61,742 bases of DNA, filler included, from Choristocarpus tenellus KU-1152 (GCA_964200185.2; 9 parts of 9 records of this genome joined end to end with filler, not necessarily neighbours in it), one strand, 5' to 3'; shown: positions 15,508 to 32,477, counted from the first letter of the whole stretch. Notes: generated from the letters alone by a model not told the origin. Translations and numbers: made by a program.

Positions 15508-17475
15508 CAAGGTGTTGAACAAAATTCCTTGGTTTGGGGTCGATTTTGATTTTATTGAGCCCTGGAGACATGCACGTGCGGAAAACCCGCCGATCGTGCA
15601 GTTTGACCTGCATCAAACATCATTAAGTAAATACTTAGCAAAGACCACTGATAAGATCATATATATATACATATATATGTATGTATATATCAATGTGATA
15701 CAAGTGAAGCACTCGGCATAAGAAATTCAATCTCAACTTATCAACAGGAACCATGATCATCCATCATCCATCATCCATCATCCATTCAACCAACCAACCT
15801 CACTTTTGGGGTGGGTGCACACTAGGACCAACTGGTACACCTAGGTTTACGTTAGCCTTGCTCTATTCAAGTTTCTTCCCCTTTGCTCATTGCATCTATT
15901 CATCCGTCTCTGTATTCGTCAGGCATCGGCATTTTAAATTTAAATTGGGTTTCTGTTTAGAAGATGGTAGGTACCATATGACCAAGACAAGAAATGTTTG
16001 CTGTGTACATGGTGCTATTGTTACCATTCGCAGTGTATGTCATACCATCATACCACTTGGTTGACTGTCAGAGTCAATTCTAAGTAGGTGGAAACAGTAA
16101 CATTTCTAGGTAAGTCAAAGCCTTATCAAGTAAGAGGGTCCTTTTTAAAACGATGCTTTTCATTTGTCAATCCAATGCCCAACGTCAACCCATCTCTTTA
16201 AAATGTGTAATTTTTTCATGTCGGGCTAGTCTTGACACATTTTGACATGTCGATTGATATGCCATGAATGATCGACACATTTTGACAACAGGCCTCCAAA
16301 AAATAGAGCCAGTGTGTGATAATCGATAATTCAAATCGATCAACCTAACAAATGAAAAAGGCTCCTAATAATACAATTTCTCATTTTTCAACTCCTCACT
16401 ATATCATACCTCCATAAACCGCTTCACTAACTACTGATTATTTAAAAGCCAGCACAAAACCAGATGGATCATCAGTCTGCCCAAAATGCACCCAACTATG
16501 GATTATTTTAAACATCAAATAGAAACAAAAAATAACAGGTGGGCTAAGAAATCCTTTCAATCTCAGGAAACGGACAAACCGACTGCCCATATCAAAAAAA
16601 GAACAAAAAATAATTGGAAAGATTCCATTTCCGAAGTTTGAAGTACAGAGAGTGTAAACACAAATCCTTGAGAGAAAGGAAAGGGTGAGGACAGAAAATT
16701 CTTTTTATCAACAGAACCTTCTTGGAACCTTCTTGGAGCCTTCTTGGCCTTGCGGATGACTACATCTCGGTGTCTGTTGTAACACTTCTGACATCTACAG
16801 TGCAGGTCCTTTAGGGTGTACAGCGTGCAATTCACAAGTGGTCCAGTTCAACCAACCGAACCAGTCTATTGAACCAGGATCACCCCAGAAATAGACCTGT
16901 CGGGTCAACAGACCAGACCATAAAATTGTGTGACAGTCTGGAATGATCCAGTCAAAAAACAATCGAAATGGGCCAGTCCATGCATTGGACCACAACACTA
17001 TTACATTGCTTGTTTGGACCTGGTTCACAGATGTCAGAAAATATATTTGGACAGGCGTGTGAACTGTTCGCGCTTACCAATGAAGGAAACCTACTTATAC
17101 TTCCAGGTACAACTTTAGCATCACTTTTACCACACCACAGGACATCGACAGCCGCTCATGATTCAAACCGCTAATCTGTACCAAAAAGGTGCTCTCGATG
17201 GCATCGGTAAGATAACCCAGTACTACCTGCTGCATGCATGCGTGACTGTCAATCTCCAATTTATAAAAAAAAATGTTTGGTTTTTTCTGTAGAGTGACAT
17301 CATAATTAATAGAAACGACACCACACATCCATGACCGCACGCAGTCACTCACTCTCACACGCTCGTTCACACGTACCTTTTTCACCATTGCTACAATTCT
17401 AATACCCACATTGATTCTTTACAAATCAACACCTCAGGACATATTAAGGTGAGGTCACTCCACATCACGCAAAAC

Positions 17476-17690
17476 AATCAATACAGTCACCAATATAATC
17501 ATCAATACAATCATCAATACAATCACCAATATAATCATCAATACAATCATCAATACAATCACCAATACAATCACCAATACAATCACCAATACAATCACCC
17601 ATACAATCACCCATACAATCACCGATACAATCATCAATACAATCACCGATACAATCATCAATACAATCACCAATACAATCACCAATACAA
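17476..17690. repeat. 12-bp tandem repeat (caatacaatcac and variants), ~17 copies, at the start of a GGPPS intron
   Basis: Read directly; the YNHQ-repeat ORF is its by-product. Confidence 0.95.
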
Positions 17691-17695
17691 TCTCA

Positions 17696-21294
<3,599 letters not shown>

Positions 21295-22403
21295 AATTGC
21301 TTCGATTTTACTACATACGGCACCAATGCAGACATTGACACGAAGAAAAAAACGCAGAGCGTAGATCATCCCACCGATAGAGACAAGGGTTAGGCGTAAG
21401 CAAAATGACATGGCTTGGTTCCATCTACCACATTGAGGTTGGATCAAATATTACCAAACCAAGAGTCAACATAAGTTAAGAGATGAGCGAAATAACCAAA
21501 ACAATCTACCTGTATCTTCTTCTATGAGCCACAGCACAGGACGATTTCGTCGAAACATGGAGAGATGGTTGCCAGTAACAGGGCAAAGGGAAGGCCAGGC
21601 TAGGAGTAAAGTGTCTACCTTAGTAACGTAAAAATATGATGGGTTCCTAACATTTCCTTACTCTTGGCTCGTATCTATTCCGACCTGCTCATGAACTAGC
21701 CAAATATTTTCGCTAACTGGGGCTTAAACACGAGACTTGGATTCGAAAGTGGTAGAGGCAATCATAACACAAGTCGTGTACGGGTGAATCAGTTACGAAA
21801 CCCTTGTCAATCAGTGCGCATGAGGCTGAAATTATGAAGATTACAAATGTGCGATATTGTACAGGTAGACTAGATACTTACAATGCGGAGAGAGAAACTC
21901 AAATTTCAGGGTCTAATCGAACTGCGCCAAACATGTGCAACCTCGTGATCACCACCTCCACTTCTTAACTGATCTTGGTCGCGCGCAGATACAAAAGGGG
22001 TCAGATCGCGCGGACAATGTAGATGTTTTGAACAAAAAAAATGTAACACCCACCAAACCAACACAATCTCAAATATTCTCTTCCTCACTAATGGAGCCTC
22101 TCCGACCCTTACCCTATGAGCGACTGAAGAATCAGCACCACCACCGTCTATCAGTCCTAAAAATAGCAGCCAAGAAAACCTACTCTCTTTCAAAAACCAA
22201 TTTTTGGGGTTTAGTGAGAGGTTATCAACCCTCACTTCCAACCTTGGGGATTCTCGATATTTCTAGCTATGACCAACCCATAGTACAACCAAAAATCGAT
22301 CCTTTAACTTCAACCTGCATGGGATAGTATCCTACCTCACCCCCTCACTCCTTACACATTCCTTCCAGGCAAGCGAGGACCACCCCACCAAAGCAGCAGC
22401 AGC

Positions 22404-22420
22404 AGTACTAGTAGTACTAT

Positions 22421-22455
<35 letters not shown>
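22404..22455. repeat. (AGT)n microsatellite; other microsatellites: (CA)n 32408-32477, (CT)n 35418-35452, (CAG)n 40550-40574, (TG)n ~43251-43294, (CT)n ~51126-51147
   Basis: Read directly. Confidence 0.9.
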
Positions 22456-23153
22456 ACTAATAGTAACTAGAAATCAGTCACTCACACTTGTGATATGTTC
22501 GATTCTAGTTTTATTTCCCAATTTCAGCAATCGAATCAACGAAACCATTGATATATCCTCTTTTCTGCTCTAAAATCAATCAAATATATGTTAGATCAAC
22601 CTCAAGAAAAATTCGATAATTTCCTCCTTCACATCTCGTATAGAAGAGACCTCAGGACGGATGTGTCAGGGAAAAATCAAGCCTTGTTCGCCCTCAAGAT
22701 GAAAGACCCTAAAAAAAAAATGGGAGAGGGTGATGAAGCTGCAACACCAGAGTATATATGTGACCCAATGTCGAGTCTTCTAATAGAATTTGCGAGAACC
22801 TGACAACCAAAGATATCAATCAAGTCAACATGAACGCGAACAAGAGATACACCATCATAAACCACCCCTTACAATACCCTGACAATGGGGGGGNNNNNNN
22901 NNNNNNNNNNNNNNNNNNNNNNNNNNNNNNNNNNNNNTTAATTAATTAANNNNNNNNNNNNNNNNNNNNNNNNNNNNNNNNNNNNNNNNNNNNTTCCGAT
23001 CGAAGAAAAAATGGTCCCCAAATGGACAGCCGCCACCCCCCCCCCAGATACTTTAAGCCAAAACGAAGTTACTGGTAGATTGATGACCAAAAGTTCAACT
23101 TGAAAAATATTAACATTCGGAGGAAGGACCAAAGTAGAGCAATCTTCCCCTAG

Positions 23154-24179
23154 AAGACTCGGGAACAGATTCAGATGATGATGGAGACAAAGACTCTGAT
23201 GAGGATGAGTCTTCAGATGAGAGCAGGGACAACAACTCTAACAGCAGGGTAACTGGGTATGTATATCAGGGAGATGTATGAGACGAGGAGGAAACTATTT
23301 CACGAGATTCCTTCTCGTCAAAGGAAACTCAAGGGAGAGCCCACCCATCAAGTAAGAGTGTGCACGGGTGGTCAACACCAACTACATAACCACCGAGAAG
23401 TGGAGTCCGGTTTTTGTGTGGAAGGGAAGGGCTCAATGTCCAAAATATGGAGTCCATAGAGTACTTCAACTCGAATTTCCCTGAGGACCAGCTCGATGAG
23501 GTGGTAGTGGTGACAAACACTCACACGGAGTCTGGTAGGCGTCATGCAACTGGCACAAAGCATTTGTTGGGGGCTCTGCTTGGGACGGTAGTCTTTTCAA
23601 GCGTGGATGGGAGACAGACGGGTTACAAGGTAAATGATTAGGCTGAATCCGGACTACGGACGGGTCATGACCTTGGCTGTTTCATGACTTAATCCGCTTC
23701 AGGGACCTCTTGACATTTTTGTTGAATGCTGGTACAATGGGGATGGATACCTGGGGGTCAAGATAGGAGGGCAGAATCAAAGAGGAAGGCAGTCCCTCCT
23801 TGTTCTGTGGAGGCGTGGCAAACAAAGTATTGATCTCACCAGGTATATGCCACAATATTGGGCATGGCTAAGACAGATGCATGTCTGGCTCGGAACAGAA
23901 GGGATCGGGGTAGTCTATCACACCAGGCTTTCACTGAGAGTGTTGCATAACTCAGTGATCAGATGGGAGGATGGGGGCAGCAGAAGCAACAGTGGCACCA
24001 GCAGCAGCAGCAGCGTTAGGTACAGCCCTAACCCTATCCACGAACATCATCATGCAGTCATATGTGAAAATCCCGAGTGCCAGGGTGTGACTGCAGCTAC
24101 AGGTAGTAAGAATGGGTGTGGGAAGCAAAAATGGGGACTGCTAAAGTGCTCTCGATGTGGGGGTGCCTGTGTTTACTGA
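23154..24179 (+). pseudogene. Disrupted gene with a truncated MYND-type zinc finger; exons 23154-23629 and 23703-24179
   Basis: One frame runs acidic tract...GDV*DEEE...PTT*PPRSG...TGYK|GPLDIFVECWYNG...CENPEC...LLKCSRCGGACVY*; in-frame TGA 23279 and TAA 23387; 73-bp GT-AG intron in phase; finger ends before the second half of the MYND motif. Confidence 0.6.
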
Positions 24180-26142
24180 GCCACATACTCTTGTGGGATG
24201 GAACCTGTTGTGGTCTGCAGTGTACACACTAAGAGGCAGTACATGGCAAGCACTGTGCATTCTGGTAGGTGTAGAGTGTCTTCTGCTATCTATTTGAGTA
24301 CCTCCTGGAGGGGCATGGCTTGGGGAGGCTTGGACATCGATTTCTGTTCTTTTCCTATCCAACTTCGTGTGCTATGTTTGGGGCGATTGTTGTATTTGAC
24401 CATGAAGTCGCTGGTGCAGCAAGCGCCAGGGCATAGCAATGCAAAGTGATATATTTTTCTTTGAGGATTTTTCTTTGATTGTAAGGTGGTTGTCTCAGCC
24501 AGAATTGGAGGATGATCACACCTTGAAGTTGGGTTTCCACCCTATTTTGAGTGGAGAATTTTCATTTTTGGTTGTGACATAGTGGTAGGGTGTAGACAAG
24601 GCAGTGAAACGTGATGCGTACCAAATCAATATCCATTCGAACGGATGGAGTATGTCCTTTTTGGGGTGTATTTGAGGATCATCTGTGAAAAGGCATGGAT
24701 TGAGGAGGGTTGGGGGCAAGTATTTTTGTGCCTCCCATATCGCACACGTGTTGAGAAACTTATGGTACCCGTGACTTCGTAAAAAATTGTTGAGGTTGAA
24801 CACTAAAACATTGAGGCGCAAGTGACAACATTGAATACATCACCCTCTAGGACTTGACACTGCACATTTCAACTCTAGAATCTTTTATGCTACCGTTCCA
24901 CCAAAGTGTCATCAGTTGACTGATTTAGAGACCTTTTTCCTTTACCACATTATATATTAATGATGATACTAGAATATTTGTTTATCTGGAAGATTTTCTT
25001 GGAGAAGAAGGCAACATGCAGCGTGATCAGACGTTTGGTTAGAAAAGCAACACTCAGAGCAGAACAAAAGTATATGTATGTACTTGGCAAAAAAAACATG
25101 AAGAAAAAATGAGAAACATGAACAAATAAATGGGTACGCACTTACTCCTACATAGAAGGGATGAAATCCAACAACACCACAACAGTGAAATGATGAAGGC
25201 CCAACAATAAAATATCCCCCCAAAAAACAGGCATCACTCCGGGCATTTAGGACCACAATTTGTTCAAGGATGGGGATATATCCACCCACTGCCATACATC
25301 AGAAATAAGGAATTGAGTGTCGTACACCCATTGGCAGCATCGAGGTACCACTATCGATATCCAGGAGGGTATCCTAGGCCAGATCCTATTTCTAAATAAA
25401 TATTCAGCGGGTAGTATCACGTGTGTTTAGTGACTGTGCCTAGTTGGCAGATCCTGAAAACGACTCATCCATCTATCAACGTCCTTTTCTGTATTCCACC
25501 AATAATATTTGCTTGTGTTGTAGAATTGTTGTAGATCCAGTCTGTTAAACCCATCCACATAGAAGTTTTCAGAGAAATGGCAAAAAACTCGGCAATATCC
25601 TGACGAATGCATTCTTGTTGTACTGTGTTAGTATATACAACAGAAAAGTCCTGGACAACCGTCGTGAAGCGGAGGATCTCATTCCTATTTTTTGTTAGTT
25701 GTATCCTAGTCATATCCAGATTTCCTACTATTTTTATATTATTCTATATGTAAGTGTAAGTACGTACTTGCATTATGGTAGACATACCTCACCCCTCCTA
25801 CCCCTCAAGATCGAGAAGTGAATTATTTGAGAACTTCCCTCCGATTTCCTCTTTGGAAATATTCTCTTCCAAAATGGTGGTGGAGGAAAAGGATGATGTA
25901 TGATAACGGAACGGTCCGCGCGCTTATTGCGCGCGGCTCTACCATTGGAAAGAGCATATCAAACAGAGAGAGTTGGGGGGGGGGGGGGATATGTAGTTTT
26001 CTTTGAAACGGGGGGGAAACAACCATTGCCCACAAGGAGAGANNNNNNNNNNNNNNNNNNNNNNNNNNNNNNNNNNNNNNNNNNNNTTAATTAATTAANN
26101 NNNNNNNNNNNNNNNNNNNNNNNNNNNNNNNNNNNNNNNNNN

Positions 26143-26205
26143 ATCGCAACATTGTATTTTGACCCCCAAATGGACGCGGCTCTACCCTCTAAGATACTTT
26201 GACTC
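26143..26205. mobile_element. Terminal fragment of the ~260-bp MITE family
   Basis: ccaaatggacgcggctctaccctctaagatactttgactc matches the end of the 31112-31371 copy. Confidence 0.85.
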
Positions 26206-27012
26206 ACTTGTATTATTGCCTTTTTCTCTTTGGTAGAAGGTTATCGTTCTCCTGCTGACGTGATCATGTCTCAAGTACACTATTATAAGAAACAAACTAC
26301 CAGTGTGGGGAAGTGTCAAGTCTGGCCCTTCGCTTGGTCATTGATTTGTACAAGTACAAACCTCTGTAACACAACAGAACTCAAATTAGTTCCAACCTCT
26401 CTTCCAGAACGTTTATTTTTGTGCACAGTGTGCTCTATCCTAGTAACTGAAAGTCACCGTTGCTCTCTTGGTTGGATATTCTATTCATCAATTCCCTTGA
26501 ATACCACCAAATGAAATACTACTCTCTACACCAAAACACTGTCATGGTTCAAAATACTAAATACAAAGTACTGGTTGGTTCTATTCTCCATACAAGTATT
26601 ACTGGAAACAACTGAAGAAATACCTCCTACCCCACTATGTTTCCCTTGATATATTATTGTGCATAAAATGTTTCACACGCTTATGTTCAACCTCTTCTCC
26701 CCCCTTAATCCTTTTCAAAATGTCAGGGCAAATAAGCGCTTCTCACCATGCCATGTCAGTTCCATCAACAACAATCTTTTTCTTAATTGTTGCACATCAA
26801 TTTCTTGCACACAACACCTTTGTAGCATATCCCCTTGCATTGCCCTCGCATCAAGCCGTAGTTTGCACAGATTAAGGCAGTAAATCATTGTTACAAAGCA
26901 ATTCTTTCCATTGTAAAATGTACAGGGTCGATGTTCTATATTCTGTTGACGCCTATCCCTTTTTCTCCTCCTCACTCTTCTACATTTCTCTTGGGTCCTC
27001 ATCCGAGCCCAG

Positions 27013-30000
27013 AACATGTATGACCACATGGAGCCCCAGACTCTCCCCCTCCCTGGAGAGTGGGAAAATTCTTTGAACTCTCTACAACGTCTGTGCATCC
27101 TGCGGTGTGTAAGAGCAGACAAAATGCCTGACGCTATCCTGGTGTACGTCATGGAGAGGTTGGGGAGGGAATTTGTTGAACCTCCCCCATTCGATCTTGC
27201 AGCCTGCTATGTGGACTCCAGTGTACTCACACCACTCATATTCGTGCTCACCAAGGGGTCCGGTGAGCGGTAATGGCCTCACTTCAAAATATCTATTTTC
27301 TAAATGACACCCAAGCTGATGGAAAGTGGTGTCAGCAAGACAAGAAATAAAAAGGAAGGTTATGCAATGGATAGACAAAGAGCTAAGTCATCGGAGCATT
27401 ACTCACATGGCACGTCCACCACTACTGTAGTGTAGAGGCTGTGCAGTCAGTTTGTTGATATACTTCAATAATAGTTTTGTAGATACCTGCCATGCCCTTA
27501 CATTCTAAATAATTATTATGTCAAAAGATCAAATTTCAGTTTCACCCCATGCCACAATGCACAGATCCAACCAAGGCCTTCTACCAGTTCGCATCTCAAA
27601 TGCGCTTTGACAAAAAAGTAAAGGGTTTGAGTCTTGGGCAAGGACAAGGGGTGAAAGCTGCACGACTGATTGAAGAAGCCAGTCAAAAAGGAACATGGGT
27701 CAGTATCGACATTAATATCATCGAATTGTAGGCAGGGGACTCCCCGAGAAGTCAGGAAAACATACATATGGACGGCACACAGTCATCTTTGTGCTTGGGG
27801 TTGCTGTAGACAGGGAAAGAGGATGGGCTATAGAGAGCCAAAGTAAACGAGAAGTAGTCAGAATTTGGGCGTTTTCCCCATAGTTCTATGGATGATGATG
27901 TCTATGTTCACTTGAGATTGTTTATTTCCCTATTATTTGTAACTTTTCCGACACAATTTAGAATAGATTATACACGCATTTTCAAAAAAAAAAATGTGCA
28001 CATTTGGTAGCACCTTAAAAGAGCAACTCTGGGTACCTCTTGTTTGCTTCGACTCAGAGGGAGGGGATGTCCCTGGACTTGTCCCAAAATTTCACGGTTG
28101 AAAACAAAAGTAAGGCTGAAGGCCGTATACCTTTGTAGCATGACTAGCATATTGCCAGCAAGGAAAACTCAGGATTGTTGTATACCTTTGTAGCATGACT
28201 AGCATATTGCCAGCAAGGAAAACTCGGGATTGTTGGTTGACACAGCAAATGCTTCGCTTTGTGTGATCCTATGATATAGTCTTTGGATTAAGTCTTCCTG
28301 CCTTCAAAATATTTAACTTGTGAGATATCTCACTCCATCACGGCACTGTGTTTCCAGGGTCTTAATACCTGCAAAGATTGTGTTCTATTTCGATGTGTCC
28401 CATGATGCTAGTTCAGTTCTCCAGTGCAAGAAACTGCAACACGCAGTGATACACTTTGAGGAAAAAGTAAGGGAGAGGGAGATGGCATACGGAACTTTCC
28501 CTGCTCAACTTTGCTAGCCTCTCCTTCTGGGATATTTTCCGAGAATTGGCTGGTGTTCGGGGGATATACTGAGTGTTTTTCAAGTGTAGATTTCAAATCG
28601 GTGTTTTCATAGTCCACCAAAAAAGTGCATTCTTTTTTTGCACGGTACTAGCATACTAGATACATTTATTGTCCATATTGCAATGACAGTATTTGTCTTC
28701 AAGCTTAATTGTTCTAATGGAATTATTCTGTATGTCATTTTCTCGTTGGTAATGTTGTTCTACTCTGCTGGAACCAAGAATATGTAGAGTAGGGTTTCTT
28801 CTTGGTGTGTTTGGAAGTGCGTGGGGGAAGGCAAGATATGTTTTGAGCACTTCATGGATACTACATCTGCAGCACTCGCCTTCTTCCCCACTACTCCCAT
28901 TTTAGGGACAACTGTATGCCTCCACCAAAATATGCCAAACAATTCATCCACAAAAAGGTATACCTTCAGAACTGTCACCTCTACATTTCCTGGTTGGCGG
29001 AATTGGAGCGGATCTGTGAGGACCTTAGCCCAGACACAGTTCACAAGGATTTCCGCCTATGGCTCACATCAATGCCCTGCAAGGAATTCCCAGTGTCCAT
29101 CCTTCAGAATGGTGTCAAAATGACCAACGAGCCCCCCAAGGGATTAAAGGTGAGGCTTATCACTGCTCCAGTCGCAGAAAAGTTTCCACAAGAAAATGAT
29201 TTCACGTTCTCAGCGGGAAACGATCTGTGAGATGCCGGTGAATTATGAAGATTCTTTCTGAACAGGACACTAACTTGAAGTAATAAGTTAGAGTGGTCTG
29301 CACTTCGAGATGAGTAAACAGAATGCAACAGATGGCCAGATTATTTTCTATCTGCCGTTAGTGCAACTGCTGCAGTTCCATAGTCCCCATTTTTAGCATC
29401 TCTTTGCCAAAGCTGTGGTCGATCATTCATGCTGCAGATGCCCAGCCTCCTTTCTGCACACTCTCACCCACCCTGATTGGACTACCCTTGAGCAGGCCAA
29501 TTTGAAGAGTGCTTATTTCAAGCTTGACAACGAGAAGCTGGATGCCACAAGCAAACCTGACGTGTACAAGAAGCTCCTCTTCGCCCTTTGCTTCTTCCAT
29601 GCCAGTGTGCAGGTGTAGTAGGCGGTGTGGCATCAACATGAATGTCCAAATTTGGGATTACCTTACGTTAGAATTGAAGGTAAATCAAGCAAGCTTTAGC
29701 ATACTTCCTCCTTCTGACATAAAGAGTCTCATCCTAATACATTGACTACATCTAGCCCATACCTATCTCATGTTCCTTCCCTCAACTGCAGGAGAGGAGA
29801 AAGTTCGGTCCCCTGGGATGGAATGTGCCATATGAATTCAATGACACGGATCTTGACATAAGCAAGGGGCAGCTGGAGATTTTCCTTGATACCTACGAAG
29901 AGGTGAGCTGAATTGTAGCTAGAAACACCACATATGGGGATTTGGACGATACCTTGCAAACGTGTGTGTTGGTCTATCATTGATGTTGGGGATCATTATT

Positions 30001-30977
30001 TCGCAAGCATGAGAACACTGCTTAGCAAAAAAAATCCTAATTTGGTGTTGGGGTAATGTTAAAAACTATCAACCCAAAGCTTAAATGAAATCTCCCATAA
30101 TACTAAGCATGTTTTTCCTGGTATGACCCCTATTACTACATGTGCATTCTTGGTAACATCCACACACTCATTCTGAAGGGTGCGCTGTTAGTATACTTCC
30201 TGATGCTAAACTCTTATTGGCTGAAGCAATTTCTAAAATAGAAGCATGAGGCAAGCACAGAGATTATTATTGGTGCCACGCTGCCTGAATGACCAAGCGA
30301 GACCTCTCTCTGCCACACTTCCCCCTGCCACTTCATCAGATCCCTTACCGAGTGCTGAACTTCCTTACCAGCTACATCAACTATGGTGGAAGGGTGACTG
30401 ACTATATCGACCTGCGAACAATAGATGTCATCATGCGCACCTTCTACACTCCTCGGGTGGGTCCTACTCCTGGATGAAATCTATTCCATGCACTCACTCA
30501 GTTCTCAAAATTGCGCAACTCAAGTCTAGAGCATTGAACAAAGGTTTAAGCCTGCTCAAGTCACTGCCAGTGTGTCTACAAGTGGACATTGTCCTCCAAC
30601 ATGTCACACTTCCCTCGACTCGAGCTAAAGTCTTCCTTAAGAGTCATATAGGTTCAGCGTAGTCACAAGCTGCAGTGAAACCAAGTCACACAATAATATG
30701 TGTAGAATATAGTGACATGAACTCTGCCATTAAGTTACTTCTTGAAAAAGAAAGTCTATCTCATCAGGTGCTGGATAGCGACTATAGTTTCGATGTCGAT
30801 GGAGTCTATCCCTCTGTTGACTACGAGCCTGACGACCCTCACCGAAGCTACATGGAGTCAGTCGAGTCCATGCCTATGACTGCAGGCCCAGGGGTGTTCG
30901 GCCTTCATGAGAACGCCAATATCGCCTGTGCCTTGTCTGAGACATTCGCAATATTTGACACAATCTTGACCATGGAG
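27013..30977 (+). CDS. Axonemal dynein heavy chain, AAA6/C-terminal segment; exons 27013-27262, 27565-27698, 28958-29149, 29496-29612, 29792-29902, 30340-30456, 30768-30977 (partial at both ends)
   Basis: [19 protein letters not shown]|[13 protein letters not shown]|[34 protein letters not shown]|ANL, FFHASVQ|[37 protein letters not shown]; looks like an inner-arm type. Confidence 0.96.
28125..28234. repeat. 55-bp tandem duplication in a dynein intron
   Basis: gtatacctttgtagcatgactagcatattgccagcaaggaaaactc[a/g]ggattgtt twice, one mismatch. Confidence 0.93.
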
Positions 30978-31111
30978 GTGAGGAAGGGTGTTGAAGTAAG
31001 GACTGTTATTCACATAGATGAGTGTTAGTGTAACTTTCATCTGGAGATGTGGTAACGTGCTACAGCCTCAGACTTCGACTGTTTCATACCCAGCGTGTAG
31101 AGATCTAACAT

Positions 31112-31371
31112 GAGTGAAAGTATCTTAGAGGGTACGAGTTTTGCCCTGTTTATCCGTTTGGGCTTGGCTTCCCACGGATATTTGATGACATTTTGCCTAC
31201 TCCGAAACATTTCAAAGTAGGTAAAATGTATATACGTTATGAAAAGGTGTGCCCAGAACAAGGATACTGACACTTCCTAACAAACACGGTAGCCAAAATG
31301 ACATCAAAATCGCAACATTGGATTTTGATCCCCAAATGGACGCGGCTCTACCCTCTAAGATACTTTGACTC
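31112..31371. mobile_element. ~260-bp MITE, full copy with 23-bp TIRs and CAT target-site duplication
   Basis: cat|GAGTGAAAGTATCTTAGAGGGTA ... TACCCTCTAAGATACTTTGACTC|cat. Confidence 0.9.
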
Positions 31372-31889
31372 CATACTTCTCAAAAAACGCATTTCACCAT
31401 GTACATGTTGGCGTCATAAATCTACCATAGTTCTAGATCTTGTGAGGCTAGCTATACTAAACTAGGCCGAAAGAGAACAAGAAGCAGTCTTCAATGGATT
31501 TTCCACTGATAATGGTTCTCCGCACCTAACTCAGATGCATGTGAAGCCAAATATGCAATGATTATTTTATTATTCTAACATACTCTGTGGTCCCAGTGTG
31601 TGAAAATTGGATCATTGTGAAACTCGTCAACCTTGGTACTCAGTAGATTTCAACTAGATGAATATGAGAAATAGACCCAAATCTAATTTTAGCAACAAGA
31701 ATAGCAATTTTGACGACCCATACCTCAACCCAAACATTCACCCCTAATCTCTACATTGATGTAATTTCAAGGCCGGNNNNNNNNNNNNNNNNNNNNNNNN
31801 NNNNNNNNNNNNNNNNNNNNTTAATTAATTAANNNNNNNNNNNNNNNNNNNNNNNNNNNNNNNNNNNNNNNNNNNNCAATAGTGCTTAG

Positions 31890-31920
<31 letters not shown>

Positions 31921-32408
31921 ACTCTTACCCTAACCTTCCCCCAACAATTGAATCTTCCTTCCCATCCCCAATCAACAACAGAGCATGACCACTTGCCTCA
32001 AACTCAGGCGAGCTGTATGTCTCTACCCATTCTGCATAGGGACTTTCCCTCCATCTGGGAAATGCAGACTGCAGTTCCTGTTCTCATCCCCTCCCCCGGG
32101 GTTTGTATAGCACCATCATCGAGGGCATGGCAAGAAACAGGGAACCAACAACGGGATGGTGGGCAGGGGAAGGGGAAATATCCTTTAGGATTTTTGTTTT
32201 GTGCAACATGATGACAGCACCACAGACGTATGATAAAAAAAAAACTTTTTGAAAATGTAGCACAGCAACATGTCAACCCCACACCTGAACTAAAATCCCT
32301 CCACAATAGTGTCCATATGTGTCATTCACAATGACTGTCTACATTTTCACCCTTTCCACTTACTCCGCCCCCGGCCCTCCGCCTGCTCCTTGCCCTTCCC
32401 CCCCACAT

Positions 32409-32439
<31 letters not shown>

Positions 32440-32444
32440 ACACA

Positions 32445-32477
<33 letters not shown>

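Noticed and set aside
21935-22803. Possible kinase-like exons (ALFALKMKD)
   Set aside because: No convincing kinase motifs or consistent exon chain
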